Assembly: GCA_039028615.1 (NCBI GenBank)
Contig: JBCCHT010000011.1
Span: forward strand, 128,001-192,000
DNA length: 64,000 bases
Reading direction: 5' to 3'
From: Myxococcota bacterium
GTDB taxonomy: Bacteria > Myxococcota_A > Polyangia > Nannocystales > Nannocystaceae
Shown piece by piece: positions 53,673 to 64,000 of the stretch. The notes beneath the pieces were generated by a model. The model was given only the letters and a program-made list of their open reading frames with translations, was not told the DNA's origin and searched no databases. The stretch's first letter is position 1, and each line of letters opens with the position of its first letter. A program made the translations under genes and the position numbers.

Positions 53673-54629
53673 CTACTCGACCAGCACCCTCGTACCGCAA
53701 AACCGATGCTGCGGAAGCACACGCCGTTTCGGCGGACGCCTACTCATCACATGAAGGTACGTCACAGATGCTTCCAAGAGCGCCACAACACCCAGTGCTA
53801 GAGCGTGCGGTTTTGGACCGAGAGGAACGAGACAGAAGTTTGACTCCGAACCGCGTGGCACCAACTCCCGAACGGCAGTAGCGACATCAACTACAGCCTC
53901 CAACGGAGCACGTACCACATTGCGGGCCTGCTCCAACACCAAGCTATTCGTCTCGAGCACTCTGCCAACCGAACTCGCTTCCACTCCAGGATCAGCCAAC
54001 AATGCGTGAACGGCATGAGGTTGAAGCACCTCCAGCAACGCCCCCGACTGAGCACCATCGTAGCCCAAGCCGATCAAAAACTCCTCACGATCGCTTTCAA
54101 TGCCAGCCCCTTCGAAACCAGGAATCGCATAGATATCATCGACCTCCGCGGCATCCCAGTTTCCACAGTCATCGCGTTGGCCCAGATCATACACAAACAC
54201 GACTTCTGCAGGAGCAACAAGACACGCCAACGAAAGCATGCCAACATAGTACGGCTTCGGAAAGCAGCTGTAGTCGACAAGAACCCGAGCCATTCCGTCG
54301 CGTCGCTCCGACACAAGGCGACGGACCTCACGAAAGCACCGTGCGTAATGCGCAATCGGGAGTTCGAGGACATCCGGCATAATCCGGCGCATCTCAACGT
54401 CAACGTTCCTGCGAACATTGTCGTCTTTTCTCTCCTCGAACAGCACCCCCAACCCAACACCCGAGAAAACCCTACGAAACCGAGAAAAAGCTGAACGAGC
54501 TCTTGGCTCAAAGCTCGATGCAGCTAACGCAACATCAAACTCAGAGTCTTCAATCTCCTCAATTTCCTCATGCGTAAGGTCTGAGACTACAACCTGCCGC
54601 CCCCGCCATCGGCCAACCAAACTACTCAC
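53673..54629 (-). CDS. Islet gene C: hypothetical protein with two Rossmann/CARF-like repeats
   Basis: GTG at 54629 after GGGAGG, 8-bp overlap with the ATPase; motifs ASSFEPR, VLVDYSCFPK, IGLGYDG, LVPLGPKPHALAL. Confidence 0.75.
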   Translation of the reverse strand: MSSLVGRWRGRQVVVSDLTHEEIEEIEDSEFDVALAASSFEPRARSAFSRFRRVFSGVGLGVLFEERKDDNVRRNVDVEMRRIMPDVLELPIAHYARCFREVRRLVSERRDGMARVLVDYSCFPKPYYVGMLSLACLVAPAEVVFVYDLGQRDDCGNWDAAEVDDIYAIPGFEGAGIESDREEFLIGLGYDGAQSGALLEVLQPHAVHALLADPGVEASSVGRVLETNSLVLEQARNVVRAPLEAVVDVATAVRELVPRGSESNFCLVPLGPKPHALALGVVALLEASVTYLHVMSRRPPKRRVLPQHRFCGTRVLVE

Positions 54630-56331
54630 CGCTACCTCCCAGACCGAGCGGTAGTTGATACGCCAAAGGCACAGCCTCACCTTTCCTTAAAGCTAGCCAG
54701 AACTTCGGTGCCAAGCCAAAGGAAAGCCAATATTGATGATAGGCCTGAGGAAACCCATCCCTTTCATCGAACTCCCAGGGGCAAAGGACCCCATAGGCGA
54801 TTGAAGTTTGAAGAACCAGAAGCTCCTCGCCTTCGTATTTCGACAAATCGAAAGAAACAGAACAAGAATCACGAACAACGCCATCAGCACGATGAAGACG
54901 ACGCTCCAACATATCACCAATAAACTCTACAAATCGCACGACACTTTTTCCACAACGAGGCAGTGAACTCAGGCGATTAAAGGCTCCTTCTGCAGCTTCC
55001 CTTATCACCGTTGACTGCACACGCATATCCACGAAGCGATCTGTTTCAGCCGCGACGAAGACCCTGTCCATCAAACGAAGAAACCGACGGGGAATACCAT
55101 CAGACGCAGCTACCAGATCATTCCAGCCACCGTACACAGCAGGCTCAGCAGCACCTCGACTGCCGGTTCTAAGCAAACGCATTGCGACCGAAGGCACGTA
55201 CTGCCTAGCGGAGTCTGAGTCAGTCTTCTTTTCCTCAAACGGAAGCAACACCTGCATATCCGAGGGTTGAAGCCGCGCAAAGAAGGCATGTGCATTGCTA
55301 TCAGTCTCCAAAAACTCGGCTGCGCGCTCTCGCAGACTAGAACCACCGAGCCAAGCATCTGGTTTCTGATGTATCTCTGCGCCAGGATGCGCACGCACTC
55401 TTTTCCCGTATACATCCAGACAAAAACGCGCAGTAGATTCGCTTTTTGGATCTAAATACAGGGCAACATATTCGAAGTCTTCACCAGGAACAAGCGGATT
55501 ATTCTCCGCCTGGGTTTCTAGTGTTTTATGACCATGCGGCAAACAAGCCAACTTGAACACCAATGGAAACGACACATTCCGCACCGCTGTGTTTACATGG
55601 AGTTGTTGTCGCACGGAGAGATTATCAAGCTCATCCAGACCAAACACCCATATAACCGGAAGGCTCCGTCCAAGGGATTGATCCAGCTCGGATTGAATCA
55701 GCGCCACAGCTGCGGCAATGGGATCAAAAAAGCCGCTAAGGAGCACTCCTTCCGGTGCCTGGACGTCGTCGCCGAACGCCCCTCGGAGGCAAGCGTCATG
55801 TATCTGCTGCTGGGCTTTACTCAGCCGTCCTCTAAGGTCCCGAACGCCGAAATAGCCTCCTCCATTTATGTCACAGAAGAACTGAGATCCTAGAATCGCG
55901 GCCGCACGCGCCTCCAGCTCAACCCCATTCAGGCCATAGACGGTCCCAACATACTCGCAGAATCGGCTAACGGCTGCGACGAATCGGTCGGCAACCAAAA
56001 GATTGAGGGCGAAAGCAAACAGAACATCACGTCGGCCATCCGAAATCCAACCGCGGCGCTGGAAGCCAGCGACCCAACGCTGACCAAGGGGCACATAGGT
56101 CCCCACCGTGAGCGGTCGCCCCCCCTTTTCAATCTCGTCGACCTTGGGTGGCCTGGTAATCCAGCGAAGAAGTGTAGATTTTCCTGACCCACGGCACCCC
56201 TGAATAATGTGAGTTCTTCCATCCTGAAGGTCCCCCAATTTCGGGCGCTCGCAATACGTGTCGTAGACGTATTCATCGAGCATGCGTTCTGCTCGACGTA
56301 GCCGGAACGGGTTTCTATCTTCCTTAGACAT
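54622..56331 (-). CDS. Islet gene B: ORC/Cdc6-like (STAND-related) P-loop ATPase
   Basis: N-terminal NPF, Walker A GCRGSGKS, Walker B VFGLDELD, SDGIPRRFL helical motif, C-terminal wHTH-like region. Confidence 0.85.
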   Translation of the reverse strand: MSKEDRNPFRLRRAERMLDEYVYDTYCERPKLGDLQDGRTHIIQGCRGSGKSTLLRWITRPPKVDEIEKGGRPLTVGTYVPLGQRWVAGFQRRGWISDGRRDVLFAFALNLLVADRFVAAVSRFCEYVGTVYGLNGVELEARAAAILGSQFFCDINGGGYFGVRDLRGRLSKAQQQIHDACLRGAFGDDVQAPEGVLLSGFFDPIAAAVALIQSELDQSLGRSLPVIWVFGLDELDNLSVRQQLHVNTAVRNVSFPLVFKLACLPHGHKTLETQAENNPLVPGEDFEYVALYLDPKSESTARFCLDVYGKRVRAHPGAEIHQKPDAWLGGSSLRERAAEFLETDSNAHAFFARLQPSDMQVLLPFEEKKTDSDSARQYVPSVAMRLLRTGSRGAAEPAVYGGWNDLVAASDGIPRRFLRLMDRVFVAAETDRFVDMRVQSTVIREAAEGAFNRLSSLPRCGKSVVRFVEFIGDMLERRLHRADGVVRDSCSVSFDLSKYEGEELLVLQTSIAYGVLCPWEFDERDGFPQAYHQYWLSFGLAPKFWLALRKGEAVPLAYQLPLGLGGSGE

Positions 56332-57574
56332 GAGATGGAAAAACCTTCCAATACGGAAGATCCTGTCCGACGTCGGTGGCTGTCAACCCACGCACGTTGG
56401 ATTCCTCGACGACGAGTTCACGCAGAATCGTGGTTTCCAGACCATACAACTCAGACTCCCTTTCTAGCGTCCGCCCCAGGTGTGGCGCGGAGCTGCTGTC
56501 ATCTAGGATGCGCCCCACGTGAAGACGTGCGTCGTCAAGAGTCGTCGCACGTCCGAACCGGAAGACGGCGGGGTTCTCAGGATCCGACGGAGGCCTCCAT
56601 CCCGAAGCCGCCTTTTCTATCGTCCGAACCAATCCGTACGTAACACCAGAATCACGACCGGCCACATCAATGCGATGGACCGCACAGCGAGTGTTCCCTC
56701 CGCCTCGCTCGCTTGGTACAGTAGCGAGGGACGCAGCACCGAACACGTGCGCCTGATGGCCCTGTGTACCAGTTTCCCGAAGATATGATCGCTCATGGCG
56801 GTGGCCATGAAGAACCAGATCGATCTTACATCGCTCGACGAAATCTGACAGTGCTGCCGAATTTGTACAAACACTAAAATCGCGCCGACCAGCCCCATCA
56901 GCGCCGGGCTTAGTGTGATGATGCAACACCAACACCCGAAGATCAATGGAAGAAGAAAGAACACCACTCTCTTCAAGGCAGCTCAACTGCCATGGGTCAA
57001 TGTGGCCAGCGTGGAGGTTCACATCATAGTCTTCCCTACAGGCTGAATTTATCCCAAGAATCGCCATACGGCCGACCGTGGACCAATGCACAAAGCCGGC
57101 GACACCATCAAGCGAGTACGGATGCCTTTGATCCGTAGATAGCCCCTCAACCCTCGAGCAAAAACTGAGGTACGGACTAAAGCGCATTGAACGAAATCCC
57201 GAATCGTTATCTTCACCAAACGACACTGCTTCTTTCGGCTCATCAGGCAAAGACAACTTAGTCAGCGCCCATGCAACATCGTGATTCCCAGGCACCGTGA
57301 AGACGGGCGTAGGCACTGAAGACCCCCATAATCTCCCCAGTTCTCGGCAAAACTCTTCCGCTTGCCAAAATTCATACGGTGATGCAGATGTGGTAATGTC
57401 TCCAGAGAGCACGACAACATCAGGGCGTTCCCATGCCTTCAACGCCTCTAGAAGTTCCTTAAAGAGAGGATCTCTCAGAACGGAAGGCGGGTCCGAAGGG
57501 TCGGTAGGAGAAGCCAGACACAACTTACCGAATTGAACGTCGGAAAGATGAAGGATGCTGCCCATGGATTTCAT
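56324..57574 (-). CDS. Islet gene A: calcineurin-like (CpdA-type) metallophosphoesterase with C-terminal extension
   Basis: LHLSDVQ, SGD, PGNHD, LHHH, LHGHRH; 8-bp overlap with the ATPase. Confidence 0.9.
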   Translation of the reverse strand: MKSMGSILHLSDVQFGKLCLASPTDPSDPPSVLRDPLFKELLEALKAWERPDVVVLSGDITTSASPYEFWQAEEFCRELGRLWGSSVPTPVFTVPGNHDVAWALTKLSLPDEPKEAVSFGEDNDSGFRSMRFSPYLSFCSRVEGLSTDQRHPYSLDGVAGFVHWSTVGRMAILGINSACREDYDVNLHAGHIDPWQLSCLEESGVLSSSIDLRVLVLHHHTKPGADGAGRRDFSVCTNSAALSDFVERCKIDLVLHGHRHERSYLRETGTQGHQAHVFGAASLATVPSERGGGNTRCAVHRIDVAGRDSGVTYGLVRTIEKAASGWRPPSDPENPAVFRFGRATTLDDARLHVGRILDDSSSAPHLGRTLERESELYGLETTILRELVVEESNVRGLTATDVGQDLPYWKVFPSHV

Positions 57575-57597
57575 ACAATGGTCACCCGGCGCGGCTC

Positions 57598-57626
57598 ATT
57601 CTAGGGTAGGCAGAATTTGTTCTCAA
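57598..57626 (-). promoter_or_regulatory. Putative sigma70 promoter of the islet operon
   Basis: Minus strand TTGAGA-17 bp-TAGAAT, 23 bp upstream of the ATG at 57574. Confidence 0.65.
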
Positions 57627-57923
57627 TAACCGGTTTTCTGTATTCTAGCCGGCTGCTGGGGCGTATGCGGAACACTCAGAAACACCTACCTGAACGTATT
57701 GCTTGGAGGAAGTGCACGCGAACACAGAAAGCACTGAAGCCTCGTCGAACTGCGTCATGGGGCGCTTTTGATTCGAGATGCGTCACGACGGAGCATCGGC
57801 ACGACGCATTTTGCAAAGGCCCGTTCGTGCCAACTGTCAGTAGTTCGCACCTCCTCGTACTTTCCTGCGGACGGCAAAGACGAACACAGGCGAATAGGCA
57901 AATAGACCAGCCGCGCGAGGCGG

Positions 57924-60893
<2,970 letters not shown>

Positions 60894-60950
60894 GGGGCGG
60901 ACCGTAGCAGGCGTCTACGACCGCCCACCACCCCTGCGACGCCCGTGGGC

Positions 60951-61391
60951 TCAACGCCGACCGCGGAGCCAGCCGTCGATCGACCAGCGGTCGTGGACCG
61001 GAGGGATCATCAGCACGAACAGCAGCAGCACCAAGCGCGGGAAGATGTGATGCGTGGTGTCGTACAGCGCCTCTTGGAGCAGGTGCCCGTAGCTCACCAT
61101 CACCAGCACGACCCCGAGCGCGATGGCGGACTCACGCACGCGGAGCCCGAGGCACAGGGCCGCGCCCGCAATCAGCTCGACGAACGGAATCGCCAGGCCC
61201 GTGGCCCACAGCACGGCGGTGGGGATCCACGTGGAGGCGAACCCGTCGACGAAGAGCTTCTGGGCATGGGCGGTGGGGCCGAGCTCGAAGACCTTCCAGT
61301 AGCCGGCCATGCCGAACATCAGGCCGAGGACCCAGCGGGCGAACAGGGCCGCCCACCCGGCTCCAGTGACGCGTCCGTCGTCGTCGTGCAC
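60951..61391 (-). CDS. DoxX family membrane protein
   Basis: RWVLGLMFGMAGYWK, VELIAG, WSID; four TM segments. Confidence 0.85.
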   Translation of the reverse strand: MHDDDGRVTGAGWAALFARWVLGLMFGMAGYWKVFELGPTAHAQKLFVDGFASTWIPTAVLWATGLAIPFVELIAGAALCLGLRVRESAIALGVVLVMVSYGHLLQEALYDTTHHIFPRLVLLLFVLMIPPVHDRWSIDGWLRGRR

Positions 61392-61728
61392 GGGGATGGG
61401 TACTCGGCGCGGCGGTCCGAGTTACGCCGCGCGGCGGCGGTCGACGAAGCCGGGCGGCAGCGGCATCTGCTCGCGGCGCCGATCGGCGCGGGAGACCTCG
61501 CGAATCGGGGCCGGACGGGCGCCACGCGCGACAATCGCGCGAGATAGCGTGATCTTCGCCAGGCCCACGTTGTGACGGCCTCGGGGCGGTAGGTTCGCCT
61601 GCAGACGCTCCTGCGGGGCATTCCGCGACCGGCGAGGTTCGCGGCCGACGGCCAGGAGGGGGGCGGAACGCTTATCCGACATGTAGGTATGTGTATCAGG
61701 CCACGCGGGTGCCCCCAAGAATCCGGCG

Positions 61729-62970
61729 TCACTGGCCGCTGAGGGCGAAGCCCGCCTGACCGGTGCTGAAGTCGAGCATGAACTGCGTCGACAACGAGTT
61801 CGACAGCAGGAAATCCAGGCCGATGATCGATTGCCGGCTGTCGGAGGTGCCGAGCGTGGCCGCCGACTCTTGCAGCACGTTCACCGACGACGAGCCCTCG
61901 GCGAAGCTCACCGTCAACGAACATGCGTCGCTCGAGCAGTCGGGACCCGCCTGCCCGAAGTTCACGTTCCCGCCCTGCGGCTGGGTGCCGGTATCGAAGA
62001 GCACCGAGACCTCGCCCGACATCGAGCCTCCCGAGTTGAACACATCGATGGTGGCCGGCACATAGGGCGACCACAGCAACGCGCTCACGTGGCTGGGCAT
62101 CGTGGACGGAGGATTGGCGACCGCCGTCAGCGGGCTCGTGGTGAAGGTGTCGACGACGGAGGACGAGAGCCCCACCGTCAGCGTCGGGCTCGATCCGCCC
62201 GTGAGGGTAAAGCCCGTGTCCAGCGGCTCGGGTGCCGCCGACGTATCGAAGTAGATCATCGGGCTCACCAAGCCGCCGCCGACCGAGCTGTTGATCCCCA
62301 CCAAGCCCGCCCCCGCGGGCGGATCGTTGGGGTACTGCGTGACGACGACGAAGGGCATCGGGGCCGAGACCGCGGCGTCGCCCGAACCGAGGATCACGTT
62401 GGAGACCGCGAGGTACCCCGACTGCGCCCCCGCGCCGTAGCAACGGGTGACCTCGATGTCGGTGACGTACACGTTCTGTGTGGACTCGTAGCTGGGTAGC
62501 GTGCTGCTGCTGAAGCCCGAGCACGTGTCGGCATCGAACAGGACTTGGCAGTCCACCGTCACCCCCGCGGAGCCCGTGTCCAAGATGACGGGTTTGACCC
62601 CCGAGGCTGCGATCACCCGGTTGCCGATGGTGAGCGTCGGTGAGAGGCGCTGGCCGTTGTCGGCGAGGGTCAGCGACAGCGAGAGCGGGCCGTCGTCCAG
62701 CCCCGACGCGGGCGGGAGCTTGCCCGTGGTCCCCGTCTGCTGGTCGAAGTAGTTCGTGACGGCCGACGTGGTGTACAGGCCGAGATTCTCGACGGCGGAG
62801 ACCCCCTGGCCCTGGCACTGCGAGTGGTCGGCGGGCGTCGCCGTGCCCGGGCCTCCCTTCGAACAGCCCAGGGTCAGCACCAACGGAGACCCCGCGAGCG
62901 CCATTCGCCAGCGTGACCCGGTCGCGGATCGGGTGAGGATTCGGGGCTCGAACTCGGTGCTTCGTTTCAT
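61729..62970 (-). CDS. Pepsin-like aspartic protease lipoprotein
   Basis: Lipobox TLGC; ILDTGS and LFDTGT catalytic-like motifs; flap-like YG; GLVGI and IIGLDFL hydrophobic-hydrophobic-Gly motifs. Confidence 0.7.
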   Translation of the reverse strand: MKRSTEFEPRILTRSATGSRWRMALAGSPLVLTLGCSKGGPGTATPADHSQCQGQGVSAVENLGLYTTSAVTNYFDQQTGTTGKLPPASGLDDGPLSLSLTLADNGQRLSPTLTIGNRVIAASGVKPVILDTGSAGVTVDCQVLFDADTCSGFSSSTLPSYESTQNVYVTDIEVTRCYGAGAQSGYLAVSNVILGSGDAAVSAPMPFVVVTQYPNDPPAGAGLVGINSSVGGGLVSPMIYFDTSAAPEPLDTGFTLTGGSSPTLTVGLSSSVVDTFTTSPLTAVANPPSTMPSHVSALLWSPYVPATIDVFNSGGSMSGEVSVLFDTGTQPQGGNVNFGQAGPDCSSDACSLTVSFAEGSSSVNVLQESAATLGTSDSRQSIIGLDFLLSNSLSTQFMLDFSTGQAGFALSGQ

Positions 62971-63065
62971 CGCATTTCTCCGCGGGGCGAACTCCCCCGT
63001 GCCACGGGGCCCCCGGGGTTGGTGGGTCGAAGCCCAGCAGTGATCACAAAAACTCGGGCCAATTT

Positions 63066-63941
63066 ATGATCAACTCGACCCATGGTCCCACTGAACCTGC
63101 GATGACGACGACCCAGACCAGCGACCCTACGGTGACCTCGCTCAGCTCATTTGGGCAGTGGCCTTCGTTCTCGAATGACGGCAGCACGGTGGTGTTCTCG
63201 AGCGGCCACTCGCTGCACACGGTTTCGAGCGCGGGGAACGACGCCACGGTGCTGTACCAGGGGAGCGCAGCCTACAGCGCCTCCCGGGCCGACTGGTCGT
63301 GGAGTCCGACCACCATCGCGTTCACCATGAACATGGACGCCCCCGAGGGTCCTCGAGCCGTCACCTGGACCATCGACTCCGACGGCAGCAACGCAGGCGC
63401 GCTCAATTACTCGGGAGGACTGCGCGACACCTACTACCCGTCGTGGTTCGAGGACCTGAAATCCATCGTCGCGATGGACGGGGGCGACGACAAACACGTG
63501 CGCCTGTACCAGTTCGACATCTCGGCCGGCACCGCGACCGCGCTGACCGACTACGAAGACATCACCGCGGGTCGCCCGTCCGTGAACCCCGACGGCACCG
63601 TCGTCGCCTTCGCGGGCAACAAGGGCCCCTTCAGCCAGCAGGACAACCAGATCTGGTCGGTGGACATCGCGTCGGGCGACATCACCCAGCTCGAGCCCGG
63701 CCAAGGCCGCTCCCCGAACTGGTCCCCCGACGGCAAGTGGATCCTGTTCGAATCCGACCGCAGCGGCACCTATCAGCTGTACGTCATGCCGGCAGGCGGC
63801 GGGACCCCGGTCCAGCTCACCGACGGCAGCTCCGGTGCCACCCACGGGGAGTGGAACCGGCAGCAGACGAGCATCGTCTTTCAGGCGGGCCGCAGCGGGA
63901 TCTCGACGTTCCCGGTGCCCAGCGCCTACCAGAGCGCCTGA
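63066..63941 (+). CDS. TolB-like PD40 beta-propeller protein
   Basis: Repeated PSFSNDG, PSVNPDG and PNWSPDGKWILFESDRSG motifs. Confidence 0.88.
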   Translation: MINSTHGPTEPAMTTTQTSDPTVTSLSSFGQWPSFSNDGSTVVFSSGHSLHTVSSAGNDATVLYQGSAAYSASRADWSWSPTTIAFTMNMDAPEGPRAVTWTIDSDGSNAGALNYSGGLRDTYYPSWFEDLKSIVAMDGGDDKHVRLYQFDISAGTATALTDYEDITAGRPSVNPDGTVVAFAGNKGPFSQQDNQIWSVDIASGDITQLEPGQGRSPNWSPDGKWILFESDRSGTYQLYVMPAGGGTPVQLTDGSSGATHGEWNRQQTSIVFQAGRSGISTFPVPSAYQSA

Positions 63942-64000
63942 CCCCGCTCAGTAGCGGGGCACCGACGAGTCGACCTCGTTCGACCAGGCATCGATGCCGC

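Overview
High-GC bacterial DNA with a myxobacterial, Nannocystaceae-like signature (inferred from a MYXO-CTERM-like tail, Thr/Gly-rich lipoproteins, an FHA-AAA+ activator, an ECF/Ser-Thr kinase pair and a TPR-CHAT locus). About 45 CDSs and one tRNA-Ser(UGA) are supported. Recognisable genes include acnA, orn, cvfB, an S46 peptidase, an HD phosphohydrolase, the Hen1-Pnkp RNA repair pair, a two-component system, an ArnT-like glycosyltransferase and a SWIM-SNF2 helicase. The main finding is a ~4.4 kb low-GC island (53552-57953). It is bounded by an exact 45-bp direct repeat that duplicates the 3' end of the SNF2 helicase gene, it encodes no integrase, and it has its own sigma70-like promoter. It carries a coupled three-gene operon: a calcineurin-like metallophosphoesterase, an ORC/Cdc6-like P-loop ATPase and a protein with two Rossmann/CARF-like repeats. 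This is a candidate uncharacterised defence or nucleotide-signalling system. Other notable items: an ECF-like sigma factor with a duplicated sigma2 domain inside a CHAT-protease locus, a ferritin-like DUF455/ATP-grasp fusion coupled to a PLP enzyme, a transglutaminase-elicitor-like protein, and a sharp local C-to-G strand-skew flip next to the tRNA. All family calls come from reading motifs by eye; no database searches were run.
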